Assembly: GCA_025594325.1 (NCBI GenBank)
Contig: JANHCV010000007.1
Span: 124,001-188,000 of the forward strand
Source: Blastocladiella emersonii ATCC 22665
Taxonomy: Eukaryota; Fungi; Blastocladiomycota
Direction of reading: 5' to 3'
Length of the DNA stretch: 64,000 nucleotides
Below are positions 24,027 through 36,580 of this stretch, piece by piece (the stretch's first letter is position 1; every line of letters begins with the position of its first letter). A program made the position numbers and the translations under genes. The notes under the pieces are model-generated. The model was given only the letters and a program-made list of their open reading frames with translations, did no database searches and was not told where the DNA came from.

Positions 24027-25596
24027 CTAATCCCAGTCATCACGATCAGAGATGATGAAGAGCGTGATCTGGAAATGCTCGGGCACGACGTCGTGGAAGA
24101 ACACAGGGAATGTCTCGTGTTTGATGATGGGGCAGGCCGTGTAGAGCGGACTCGCCGACGACCAGACCATTGGCGGGGACTCGCGGTGCGACGGGACGTA
24201 CCATACGTTGTCGGCGGGAACAAGAACCCCCTCCGCGTCCAGGTCGCACATGTCGTACGCGCCGCACCGGCAGTGGTCCTCCGCCTGGAAGCAGATGCAC
24301 TCGTCCCAGTCCGGGAGCGGGGGCAAGATCATCTGCAACCAGTTGAACAGGTCCGTGAGCCCGATGGGCTTGACCTCGGCCGCGGCCTTGCCCGTCACCA
24401 GCTCGGCGCGGCGCTCCTTGACCGCCCCCAAACGCGAGGCCCCAATGGCAGCGAGGCGGGCACGCAGCGAGGAGGCGGTCGAGGTCTTGCCCTTGACCGC
24501 GTCGTGCTTCGCGACGCAGTTGAACAGGTCCGTGGGCTCAATGTGCTTGACCTTGGCCATGCCCTGCTCGGAGTGGGGTTGATTACCTGCCGCCAATCTC
24601 CGGGCATTAATCGCAGCGAGGCGGGCGCGCAGGTAGGCAATGTGGGCCTTGCCTTTGAGCATGTCGTAACCCTTGGCCTGCGGGATCCGCGCCTCGGGCT
24701 GCAGGCCGACGTCGCCCGTGATCTCGGCGCGCAGTTTGGGCTCGAGGCCCGTGAAGGAAGGAACGTCGGGGGCGAGCACGCAGCGGCGGGTACGGTCGGC
24801 GAGGACCTGGGCCGCCTCCCGGTCGACTTGGAACCCGGCGGCGCACGCGAGGATGATGGCCGCCGCCACGTAGCGCTGCCGTTGCCGCTGCTGCTGCTGC
24901 CGCTGGACGAGCATGGAGGCGAAGCACGCGACCATAGCGTGGATCAGCTGGGTGTCGGAGATCTTGGGCGCGGCCGGCAGGTAGACCGTGTTGAAGCGCA
25001 CGGGGTACGAGAGGCGGTGGTGCTTGGTGGCTGGGCGGGAAGAAGTCGGCGCACGGGCCGCCTTGACCGCGAGCCGCTCAAAATCGAGCATGGCGCCGGC
25101 GAGCGCCGGATAGCGGCTGCCGATCCAGGGAAAGAAGGTGGTGATGGTCATGACCTGGCCCGCCATGTGCCCGTCGATCTTAATGTTGATGATACCCCGG
25201 TTGAGCAGCCTAACGCACGCGTGTACAGATCGAGGTTAGTGGTCTTGGCTCTCCCGGCACGAGTCGAGTGGGAAGGCGCAGAACGTACAGCACGCGGGTC
25301 CACTTGACCTCCTGGCCGGCCTTGGGCGTGATCTCCTCAATGTCGAGCTCGACGGCGCTGTCGGTGCGCGACGCGTTGACCGAGAGCGCGGACTGGAGCC
25401 GGCGAATGTGCTGGCTCGTGGAGCCGACGTGGAGCAGATCCTGGGGAACGCGGAAGTGGTGCTGCAGCTGCATGAAGGCCGACTGCTGGATGGCGGTGAC
25501 CCTGAGCCGGCGCTTGGCCGGGCCCGAAAGCATGGTGGTCGCCGCCGAGGTGGCCGTAAGACCCTTGAACATGCCAGTCGCCCGCGGCAGGTACAT
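24027..25596 (-). CDS. Hypothetical protein with an internal duplication and a Cys-rich C-terminal segment
   Basis: ORFs 25210..25596 and 24027..25166 join in frame through an intron at 25210-25288 (GTACGT, CTAAC, TTAG), reading TRVLLLNRGIINIKIDGHMAG. Confidence 0.6.
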
Positions 25597-25646
25597 CCTA
25601 CAGTCGCGTGACCAGGTCTGTCAGTGACCGTGTTTTCGAGAGTCGG

Positions 25647-27396
25647 TTAAATGCGAAGTGAAGCATACGTGAGATCCATGGACAGGTTGATCAGCGAGGC
25701 ACGCTTCGCGACGGGCACGACGGCGAGGAGCAGGATCGCGATGGTGATGAAGGCAGGCGACGCGAACACGTCCAGGATGATGACGTCGAGGTTGTGGGTT
25801 TCGGACGGGATGACCGACGTCGGGACGGCCGGGTCGAACGAGTACAGGTAGCTGGCGCGCGTCGCGGCGGCGTGCACGACCGAGTCGAGACTGTCGGCGA
25901 TCAGCGTGACGGCGCGGGTGAGCGGGGTCTCGGTCCAAGACGCGCGAGTGTCCGAGAGCGGGTACTGGTCGTGGTCCTGCTCGGTGTTGAGGACCTGGTG
26001 GTGGTGGTGGTGGCGGTGCGGAGCAGGCGTGGGCTCGATGAGCGCCTTGGCCATGTTGACGAGGACGCGGGCCGAGTGCTGATGATCAGGCACGGCTCCG
26101 GGCTGCGCGAGTGGCGGCAGCGGGACCGACGACGAGTCCTTGGTCATGCCGGCGGCGGCATGCGCGGCGGCCGGTGCGGGCTCCGACTCGACGTAGCTGC
26201 GGGCCGGCTTCGTGAGGGCCAGCTTGAGCTGCTGCTCGAGCTCGTAGATGCGCTGGTCCTTGGCCGAGAGCTCCTGGTTCTTGGCGAGGAGCTGCTGCTC
26301 CTTGGCGAGCGACTCCTGCTGGTGCACGATGGCCTGCTGCTCGAGGTCGTGGACGCGCTGACGGTGCGTCATGGCGGCCGTGACGGTCTCGGACGGGAAC
26401 GTCATGTCGGACCCGACGAAGGCGCCCTTGTGGAGCGCGACGACCGTGTCGAGCGTCTGCGGCGATGACATGAGGGTCATGCCGACGAACCCGTACTTGT
26501 ACAGGTCGTGCTTGGACTGGGCGAGCGAGAGGACCTCATTGTCGGCTATACGGCTCACGGTGGTCAATCGCGCTGTTTGTGTGGCGGGTGGTGCAGTGAG
26601 GAATGAGACGAGTACCGAGAGCCGACGGCGCCGAGGCGAGCAGCGAGAGGTCGTCGACGGGCAGGCGCGTGGTCCGGGCACCGCACATGGCGGCGGCGGC
26701 CATGGCCGAGATGGTCTGGTTGGCGTAAGTGCCGTTCTTGGCCGTCACTGGCGGAACCGACGTGACGTTGGTGTTGGCGTTGGCCGAGGCGAGGGCGAGC
26801 CACGCGGTCGCGGAATCCACAGTCGAGACGAGGCCCGAGAGCCAGGCCCACGACGCGTCGCCGCGCGAGGCCGCCGAGAGGGCGGACGACTCCGACGCGT
26901 CGATCGAGGCCGACAGGTCGGCGGCGCGGAACAGGTCCGAGCGGCACGGGTTGTACGTGTCGGTGCCGGTGAGCGAGAAGGCCGAGCCCGAGGTGGGCAT
27001 GACGAGCGTGAGGTTGGCGAGCGTCTGGTTCGGGAACAGCTTGGTCGGTGCGATGGACGTCGAGGTAGACGTAGACGTAGGCGTGGACGGGATCTCAAAC
27101 ATGCGGGTGCAGTCCGACGGGACGGCGGGGCAGACGGTCGCCGGGCAGATCGTCGGCACGGGCGAGCAGGTCGCGGCAGGGGCGACGGCGGCCACGGCCA
27201 CGGCCACGGCCACGGCCACGGTGACGGCAACGGCGGGGGCGGCAAAGGCCGCGAACAGGATGGCGAGGGCCATGAGCCCGGCCATGAGGCGGGCGATGAT
27301 CGCGTCGCACACGGGCATCATCTTGGCGACGAGACCGTGTGGTACTTGATCCGGGTGGGGTTCTTGTTGCTTTACAGCGGGGTTTGTAACTCTCAT
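25647..27396 (-). CDS. Hypothetical membrane protein: N-terminal hydrophobic segment, Ser/Thr-rich region, coiled coil and C-terminal TM helix
   Basis: Two exons join through an intron at 26546-26615 (ALADNEVLSLAQSK). Coiled coil HDLEQQ...IYELEQQLKL and TM segment FITIAILLLAVVPV. The start could instead be near 27324. Confidence 0.6.
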
Positions 27397-28073
27397 ACGC
27401 TTTCTCAAACTCTTGTTTGAGCAGGTCCAAGGCGGCCGGTGCCGCGACGACATGGAGTGCAGGGGCATCGCGGCGGGCGGGCACGGCGGGCGGGCACGGC
27501 GGGTGCCGCGGTGCACGGCACGGCGCGCGCGACGCGTCGGCGCGGTGGACATCTTTCAGGGAGACGCGCGACGCGTCGGCGCACGCGCACCGGCGGAGAC
27601 ACGGGCGCGGCGCAGCACGTGCGGGCGGGTCGGCGCGAGACACTTGTGCGGGACGCGTTGCGCCGAGTGCCCGCTCCGCTAACGAAGCGGCGATCGAGCG
27701 CCTCGCGACATGATTGGTCGAGGGCCGGTGCGGACCCGCGGACGCGAACACGGCGCGGCGCGGCGCGCGAGTGGAAGGGTGCGCCGGCGGGAGACAGCGC
27801 GGCGCCGCCGCGTGCGTGTGGCGGACCGCGGCGGGCGGACCGTGGTTCGAACTCTGGTTCGAGCGTGGCGGAGGGCAAGTGAAAGCGAGCGCCGCGCCCG
27901 TGACCGACGGTCGCTCTCTCGCGCGATGATTTCGGACGGCGGGTCGCGGGCGAACGAGATGGACGAGTCGGGATGCGACTGGATGCAATGCGATGCGCCG
28001 ACGCCGGCGGTGCCCGCGCGCGGTAGCTATCAAGTAGTCCCGTGGATCCCGCGCGGCGGCACGGGCGACGTTA

Positions 28074-28129
28074 GTCGGTGGTCGGTGGTCGGTGGTCGGT
28101 GGTCGGCGGTCGGTGGTCGGCGGTCGGTG
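28074..28129 (+). repeat. Heptanucleotide tandem repeat (GTCGGYG)x8
   Basis: Eight consecutive 7-bp units are directly visible. Confidence 0.95.
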
Positions 28130-28874
28130 ATCGGCCCGGTGATCCGCCGGTACGGCCGACCGACGCGGTGATGATGATGATGAACGCCACACGCGACTCT
28201 CACCCTGCAATCAGCCGCCACCGGCTCCCGCACTACTCCTCCCGTCGCCATCCATGCTCACACATCCATCTCGTCCACGTTCGCATGCTTGGTCCATGGT
28301 CGGCTCGTGGGCGCGCGGGAGCGACCACCGCTGCGGCGGCGGATGCCCCGACCCGCCCGTCTGGTCGCCGTCTCGGCCCGTTGCACGAGCACTCGTTCGT
28401 TCGTTCGTGGTCGCCATGGTCGCCGTGGTACAGAGGACCGTCGTCGACGTGCTTGCGGTCGCCGATGGGGATGAGCAGCGCGTTGCGCGTCGCGATCGCG
28501 TGAGCCGAGGTGAGACACGCCGCAGCGCTCGTATGAGGCGCCGAGCCCCTCCAGGAGTCGCGGTGCACCACTATCCCGCCGGTCCCATGCCCGCAATACT
28601 GCCCGCAATGTATCTCTCGGCCGTTCTGCGCCGTCGGCCGAGGTCGCCGAGTCAAGGTCGCTGCCGTCGTCGCCGACCTGGCTGTTCGTCCGGCCCGCGA
28701 GGTCTCGCTTCCCTTGATCTCGCCGGGAGCGGCTCATACGGCCACGTAACCCGTGAGCTCTCACTCCTCTCGACCTTACCGGGATCCCGATCTCGCAGCC
28801 GGAGTCGTTCCTCGACCCGCCTTCGTCCTGTCCGCCAACAACCCTTGCTCTCACGCGACTCTGAGAACCGCCAT

Positions 28875-29844
28875 CTATTGTTCTCCTTGGCACCCCCCAT
28901 CCACCCGCAGCCGGTACCACCGCTCGCCGTTCCTCGCCCGAAACTCGTCCACGTCGAGCCACGGCCACAGCTGCCGCGACAGCGGGTTGGCCACGCACAT
29001 GGACAGCCGCGTCGGGTCAAACTCGTCGGCGTCGTCCTCGTCCATCTCTCGCCACGGCTCGCGCACGGGCGGCAGCGTCACGAGGACCAGCGGCGTCGCC
29101 GCGACCCGCGTCGCCCACTTGATGGTGCCCGCCGTGAACCCGCGCTCCGACACCATGATCCCGAGCGCCGGCCCGTGCTCGCGCGCGTGCGCATCCACGA
29201 CCGCGGCGAACCCGTGCAGCGAGCCCGGGGAGAGCGGCCGCTGCGTCGTCTTGCACTGCCCAATGACGGGGATCGCGCGCGGGTGCGCCGCGCGTGGCGT
29301 GGACCACGAGGTCGGCGTGTCGATCGCCTTGGGGTCACGGAGCGCGCCCCACGGCATGAGGTGCCCGACAAAGTCGATGCCTAGTTTGTGGGTGGTGTTA
29401 GCGCCTCGAAACGGTCGGTCTGCTGTGCGTGCGAGTCGGATACACACCGCCGTCGCCCGACTTGCCGACATGCTGCACACGGGCCGGCTGCGAGGCGTTG
29501 ATGGCGTCGACAGTACGCAGCTCAAACTCGAGGCCGATCTGGTACGTGCTGTTGGACCCGCGCCACGGGCTCACGAAGATGTCGCCGCTCAGTGCGGTGA
29601 CACCGGCCTCGCCAGCCTCTTGACTTTGAGGTAGCGTCGGCGAGGGCGGCTTGGGCTGCGAGCGCGCGGCGGCCTCCTCGGCCTCGAGCTGATCGACCTG
29701 AGCGAGGAGCGCCTGGAGTGCCTTGTCGTCGTCGCCAAGGTCGAGGACCGGAGGGTCGGCCGGCGAGGTCAGGCACCGGGCGGTGGCCGAGCGCAGGGCG
29801 GGCCGTCCCAATGCAGCCAGCCTTGTCCTCAGCATCGTATTCAT
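28875..29844 (-). CDS. RRG7: Mitochondrial RRG7/DUF2034-like protein with a PD-(D/E)XK restriction-endonuclease-like fold
   Basis: Has a presequence-like N-terminus, GLEFE, VGKSGDGGIDF (across an intron at 29381-29447), VIGQCK and GIMVSERGFT. Confidence 0.75.
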
Positions 29845-29999
29845 GGGCAGCGTTGCATTGATTATGGGGAGAAAGAAAAGGGAACGCCGATCAACCTCCT
29901 CACGTGGGCCGTCTCCGCGCGAGACGCGTCGACGCGTTTCTCCCTTCGCGTCGTTTTTCACCCTCTCCCTATACACACACACATTCCAATGGAGTCACC

Positions 30000-32900
30000 A
30001 TGCTAGCATCGCCGCTCCTCGAACTCGGCGCACTGCTCGGCGACTTTTCGCGGCTCGCTGCTGCTCAGCACGCCGACGCGGCAGCGACTGCTCCACACGC
30101 CGACCTCGTCGATCCCGTGCTCGGCCATGACCCTCCACGACCGCACCGGCTGACCGCGACCAAGGAGCGCATTGCCTTTGCCTCGGAGCCCGGCCTGAGC
30201 CTCTTGCGCGGCGCAGATGGGGCAGGGTCCCACGCTCCGCCGCTGCACGGCCACGACGCGCCGCGGCCGCAGACTGCCGCGCCCGCCGCGACGTCCGCAC
30301 CCAGTACCGACTCGGTCGCCGAGATCCGATCGCGCGAGTCCGCGGCAGCGCCGCGCGTCGCCTCACCCGCGCGCCATCACCTGGCCCAGAGCCACGTCCA
30401 CTCGCTCGGCCCGCTCGGCGACGGCCAGGTCAGCATCCGCTTCTCCAACGGCGCCACGTACACGGGCCCGCTCGCCAACGGCGAGATGCACGGTCTCGAC
30501 GCCATCTACACCTGGCACCCGTCGGGCACGCGCTTCGCCGGCCAGTTCCTGCGCAACCGCATCCACGGCGAGGGCCGCTTCGAGTGGGCCGACGGCAGCA
30601 CCTACCGCGGCGAGGTCCAGAACAATGTCCGCAGCGGCAAGGGTACCCACGATTCTCTCAGACCCTCACCCGCGCACGACCAACTGACCTCGTTCCGAGT
30701 AGGCGAGATCACGCTCTCGACCGGTGTCAGGTACACGGGGACGTGGCTCGACGGCCGCCCGCACGGTACCGGCCGCATGGTCTACTCGGACACGCCGCTC
30801 TCCTTTTACGACGGCGATTTCGTCCACGGCCAGCGCCACGGGCACGGCACGATGCGGTACCCGTCGGGCGCGCAGTACACGGGCGCGTGGGCCGGCGGCG
30901 AGCGGCACGGCCAGGGCACCATGGTGTGGGCCGCCGCAGAGTACTCGGGCGCCTGGGAGCACGGCCGCATGCACGGCCGCGGGCGCTACCTGTGGAAGCT
31001 CGATCAGCGACAGCAGCTGTTGTTGCCTAGTGGCAAGTCCGGCGGCAGCACCAGTGGACCCGCCGCCGCTCGACGCGGGAGCAGTAGCAGCAGCACCGAC
31101 AGCAGCCAGGTCGAGGACGACGTCCCTGGCAAGTTGCAGGTGTTCCCGCGGGCGAGTGCCGGCTCGCCGCATCACCACCACTCGCACTCGCACTCGCCCT
31201 CGCCGCGCCATCACGGCCACGGGCACTGGCACAGCCACGGGAGCCGCACCAACGACCTGGGCGAAGAGGACGATAGTAGTAGTAGTAGCGGCGGCGGTGC
31301 GATGCGCGCCCAGTACAGCTGCCGGAACTGGTACGAGGGCGACTTTGTTGCCAACCAGCGCCACGGCCGCGGCGTGCTGCACTATGCCGACGGGTCCGAG
31401 TACGCGGGCGAGTTTGTCGCCAACAAGAAGCACGGCGCCGCCGTGTACCGCGACCGGTACGGCCGCGTGTACCGCGGGCCGTGGGTCAACGACCGCATGG
31501 CCGAGCCATTCCCTGACGCGGCCGGCGGCGGCGGTACGTTCTTGAAACCTCGTTGAACCCGCGCTCCCACTGACGCGTTACCACCTCCGTAGTGCCCGAC
31601 TTCCAGCTGCCGTACGCGGACCGCGACGCGCTCTCGTCCATGGTGCGGCGGCACCTCCCGCTGCTGACGCGCCGGTTCGCGCAGTACGCGTCGCTCGCGC
31701 CCGACCTGCTCAACAGCGCCACGCTGCCGTGCGGGCTGTCGCGCAGCCAGTGGTGGGCGCTGCTCGCCGATGCGGGCATCCGGCGGCACCGCGTGTCGCT
31801 GGCGGCCGTCGACGCGCTGGTCGATGCGCTGCTCGACCGCCCCGACTACCCGCGCACTCGAGATCACAACCACGACAACCACGACGAGACCGGCAAGTGC
31901 GTGCGCGCGTGCCCGGCCGCAGTCCCGACCCGCAGTCTGCACTTCTTCGACTACCTGTGCTGTCTCATCGAGGTCGCCACGTTCCTGTACGCGCCCGACA
32001 CGCCCGGCGTCGGCGGCGGCGCGCTCGGCAGCCGCATCTCGCTGCAGTCGCCGTGTGCTGCTGCCGGTACGGCATGGACCCGCGGACTCGATCCAACGAC
32101 GGTGCTCCTCGAGGGGTCGGTGCGGGCCGTGGCGTTCGACCGCTTCGTCACGGCAGACCTGGCCAGCGCAGAGCACTCTGGAGCGGGACTGCCAGGTTCG
32201 GCATCCGCCCAAGGCCCATCCTCGCGACCCGGATCGGGCTCGGGGTCGGGGTCCGCGACGTCGCGCGTCCGACCCATGACGACGGGCAGTACCGACGACA
32301 TCCTCGAGGCGTACCGCGCAGCGTGTCATCGGGCGCCGAACGAGGGCTGGCACGTCCGGCCGCGGCGCACGCACGCGGCGTTCTGGTCGGTCCTCGGCGA
32401 CTTTTGCCCGCTCGTTGATGCCCTGTACGCGCTGCGCGCCGACTGGGACGTGGCGCGGGTGCTGCACCTGCTGCACCTCGCGGGCGAGCTGGCGCCGCGC
32501 GACCTCGGCACCGTGGTCCACACGCTCGCTGAGTGCATCCCGTGGCTCACGGCCGACGCCGCCGTGTACCTCGAGTATCCGCTGGTCCCGCTCGAGATGG
32601 CCGAGGTCCTGTTCGAGACGTTCGCCGTGTCGGCCTTCTTCCCCGCCCCGCCGCCCACGCCGCGCGGGTCCGCCCTGCTGCCCGGCGCCAGCGGACCGCG
32701 GCCGCAGCGGCCGTGGACGAATAGCGGCCGCGCGTCGGCCTCGCATGTCTCGCACTCTGCGCTGTCGCACGGGTCCACGTCGGCTCAGGCAACGCGGGCT
32801 CACGGCGGCGGGATCGCGCGGGGTGCCGCCCACCACGGATCGCGCGGGCACACTGCGGGATCCGCGACCACGACGGCGTCGACAGCCGACTCGTCGCGCG

Positions 32901-33544
32901 CCACGACGCGCCCGCACACGGCTGCTGCTGACTCGGCCATTGCCGCGCCGCAGTCGGACGAGGTCGGGGGCGCGCGGCACAACTCGCTCCCGGCCGCGGC
33001 CTCGACTACTACATCCGTTCAAGTCGGCTCGACGCCCCCGAACGGCGCCCCGGTTCCGCCCAAGCGCGTCGCCGTACTCGCAGCGGGCGGCTCCAACGCG
33101 ACACGCCGCGCATCGTCGACCTCGCTCGCGGTCGTGTCGCCGCAGGCGGGCAAGCCGAGCGGCAGCCTCGCCACGAGCCAGCCCTCGTGCGGGTCGATCG
33201 CGGGCGGGCTCGCCGACTCGGTCCCCAGCCGCATCTCGCCCGTCTCGGGAAGCAGCGGAGACTCGGGACCCGCGGCGGGTCTGACGCTCCCACGCCGCGG
33301 CAGCCGGTCGGCGCGCGAGTCCATGGCCGGCGGGCTCACGGCCGACGCGCCCGAGGTGGTGCCTGACGCAGACGTGTCAGTATCACTGCCCGTGTTCACG
33401 TCGCCGACTTTGGGGAGCGAGCGCGGTGTGGCAGCAGGTCCCAAGCGGCCGATCGACCTCGCGGCGCACGTCCGCGCGCGGCTCAAGGTGTTTGCGGCCA
33501 AATCGGACCAGTTCACGCGGCTCGTCGCGCAGCTCGGTCGCTGA
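30000..33544 (+). CDS. RSPH10B: MORN-repeat protein, radial spoke head 10 (RSPH10B)-like
   Basis: About ten MORN repeats (YxGxWxxGxxHGxG), including RNWYEGDFVANQRHGRG and YAGEFVANKKHG, followed by QWWALLADAGI and FFDYLCCLIEVATFLY. Introns at 30643-30702 and 31534-31592. Confidence 0.75.
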
Positions 33545-33600
33545 GTGTCATTCGATGGGATGGAGCGATTAATATTTACACACACGAGGGGGTTGGGCCG

Positions 33601-33940
33601 CGTCAGACGCGCGCGGCCACGCACACTGGGAGAGACAAAACTGTTGAGGGAGTAGGGTATCAAGACGCGATACCGATGGGGGAGATGGATGGGAGGGAGT
33701 GAGCAAGAAGACAAGCGGACGAGTCAGTAGAGGGTGAGGACGGAGGGGGAGAGGGTGAGCAAGTCAAGCGGACGAGTCGGTTGGGAGTGAGGTTGCGCGA
33801 TGGGCTCCGGCTGCGTCAGACGCGCGCGGCCACGCACGCAGGGCAGGAAAAGATCAAAACTGTTGGTAAGGGTATCGAGACGCGATACCGACGGAGGGGG
33901 AGAGGGTGAGCAAGTCAAGCGGACGAGTCGGTTGGGAGTG
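33601..33940 (+). repeat. Local direct duplication between convergent genes
   Basis: 51 bp are identical at 33739-33789 and 33890-33940. The segment cgtcagacgcgcgcggccacgcac occurs at 33601 and 33814. Further shared blocks (caaaactgttg, gggtatc.agacgcgataccga) are visible. Confidence 0.9.
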
Positions 33941-35666
33941 GGGTTGCTCGCGCGGCGAGCATGGTTTCCACATTCTACACTCGTTCGTTACATCGTCAGC
34001 CACCACGAACCGCGCGCGCACACGCCTAAGAAGACGTACTCGTAAACAGAGCGGGCACAGCGGCGCGACCGCGAGCCAGCGCACGAGGCAGTCGGCGTGT
34101 CCGTGGTGCGCGCACGGCAGCCGGTGGATGCGCTCGCTCGCGGCATAGTCGCACATGCAGATGACACACCGAGCGTCCTCGGCGGGGAGCACCAGGTCGA
34201 GCTCCGACGACACGTGCCGCGTCATGGGCGACGGCGGCAGGCCATCGATGTCGATGATGGTCGACGGCGACGAGCCCGGCGGGTCGAGGCTGCCCGGGTA
34301 CGCCGTCGGGACGACGCGCGCGAGGCGACACGTGTCCTGCTGCCGCTTCAGGTCGTCACCGACGTCGACGGGAGCGGGGTCGAGGACCATGTACATGGCG
34401 AGGCGCGACCACCACGGGCCGCGGAGGTGGTCGAGGTCGACCCCGGCGGCAGCGGGGCGGGACCCGTGCCAGTAGTAGAGGGCGTAGTCGAGCGGGATCA
34501 GGAGCGCGGCGGGGGCGAGCGGCACCACGATCCAGCTGAGCAGGTGCCAGTGCAGGTTGAGGTCGAGGATGACCTGCACGGCGAGGACCTCGAGCACGCG
34601 GCCGAGGTGCGTCAGCGTCTCCTTTACAAGCGACGTGGACGTGACCGATGTGTCGAGGCAGAGCAGCACTGTCACGTATCGTTAGAAATAGGGCGAGCTA
34701 TCGCGTAAGCGTGTGAGTAGTACCGATGTAGCCGTAGCTCCGCGCGAGCTCGTAGACGAGGACGAGGATCCACTGCAGCGGGGACTGCGCCCGGCGCAAC
34801 GCCGCGATCCACACGGACGACTGGATCTCCGTCTCAATCTCGGGCCGCTCGGCGACGAGGGTCGCGTACGCGGCGAGCGGGAAAACGAGCAGGACGAGCG
34901 CGGCGAGCGCGACCATGGCACCCGGGAGTGTCGGGAGTGGGCGGCACTGGGCGAGCCAGTCGGCCAGGTCGATGCGCGTGAAGACGACGACGCCGAGCAT
35001 GAAGGCGAGCGGGAGAGCGAGGTCAAAGAAGGCGCGGCGCGCGGCGAGCCGGAGCCCACGGCGCGTGCGGTCGGACGCGGCGGACCAAAGCGCGGTCCAC
35101 CCGAGGCGCGGGGCGACGGCCGTGGTCCACAGCGCGTGGACGGGCGGTGCGAGGGCGGAGACGGCGTGGAGCGCGACCCACGAGATGGTCGCGCCGCGTA
35201 GAGCGGGCGGGTTGGCGCAGTCGTCACTAGTCGGCGCGCTGCTGCTGGAAACGAGCGACAGCACGGCGTACGCGACGCACATGTTGAGCCCCTCGCTCAG
35301 GAACTCGCGCGTTCCGGCCAGAACATGGTCTGGCGCGCGTGCAGCGGGTCCGATGATCCACGAGAGGTACGGGATGGCGATGTGCAGGATGACGGCGTGC
35401 AGGGCGAGCACGGTGAGGAAGAGGGCGTGCGGGTGGCCGTGGTCGCAGGCCGCCGTTACGGCGAGGAGCGCGCCGATCGAGAAGCACACGTCGGCGAGCT
35501 CACATGCGGCGCGCAGCACCCGAGCGAGATGAGATGTCGCAGTCGACGTGGTGGGGACCTCGGTAGGCCCCGGCCGCGCCGCCGTCGCCGCAGCGTCGAC
35601 GGCCGGGCCGGCGGGGCCGGAGAGCAGCAGCGGGTCTTGCGCGTCGATGTCGATGGCCGTAGACAT
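33854..35666 (-). CDS. Multi-pass membrane RING-H2 E3 ubiquitin ligase
   Basis: RING-H2 motif CVIC-x15-CAHHGHADC-x10-CPLC, preceded by several hydrophobic helices. Intron at 34669-34723. Both gene ends are approximate. Confidence 0.8.
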
Positions 35667-36078
35667 GCACGAGCTGGGTCTGATAAGCTGGTTTATTGTA
35701 CTACATTGCTCCGAGGGCGTGGGGGAGAGCGAGGACGCGTCGCCGTGAGAGTCGCAACGTGTTCGCGCTGCAGCACCCGCTTCATGCATCTCATCGACGC
35801 GGCTGGCCCCATGAAGTGCTCGCAGGACCCACGCGGTGTCCAAGTTCACGACGTCGCGTTCGTCGTCGCCTGGCCTGGCCGAGCCGCGGTATTTCCGGCA
35901 GCAGCAGTCGACGCGGGGGCGAAGTCTACGCGTCGCCCAGCGCCCCAAGCGCTGGGGATCGCGTCTCGGTCGCAGTCTCGGTCGTGGGGTGGTCAGACAA
36001 AAGGGCGAGGATGTATGAGATGAATGTACAAGGGAGGTACAGGGGGGATGCAAGCGAGCGAGCGAGCGGGGCGGGCGC

Positions 36079-36580
36079 TTACTTCTGCTTGAGGGTCTCG
36101 ACGTACTCGACGTACTTGGACTGGGCGTCCTCCTTGGAGATGCCTACGCGGAGACGGGTGACGGATGTGAGCGAGGGCGTGCGAGAGGAGGGGGGCCGAG
36201 CGAGGCGGATCCGTACCCTTCTTGGAGGCCCAGGCGTCGTACTTGGCGCGGCCCTGCATGTCGAAGAAGCCGGGGCGGTCTGGAGAGGGAGAACGCGGGG
36301 CAGAGTGAGCAGCGGGTCGCGACGCACACTACGGCGAAGCGCAACGTACCGCCCTGGACGTCGCCGACGGTGCCCTGCTTGAAAAGCGAGTAGAGCTCGA
36401 GGAGCTCGTCGTTGCTGGGCTTGTACGAGAGGGCCTTGGCCTCCTCGGCGGCCTTGATGAAAGCGGTCTGGAGGGGGCGGGCGGGGTTGGTATCCAAGAG
36501 CAAGAAGCGCGCGAGGGCGAGTGCGCGGCCGTCGTCGATCCATGAGCGTGCATGCATACGTTGCCAGTAGCCTCAGCCAT
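36079..36580 (-). CDS. ACB1: Acyl-CoA-binding protein, four exons
   Basis: Reads AFIKAAEEAKAL, PSNDELLELYSLFKQGTVGD, RPGFFDMQGRAKYDAW and ISKEDAQSKYVEYVETLKQK*. Confidence 0.95.
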
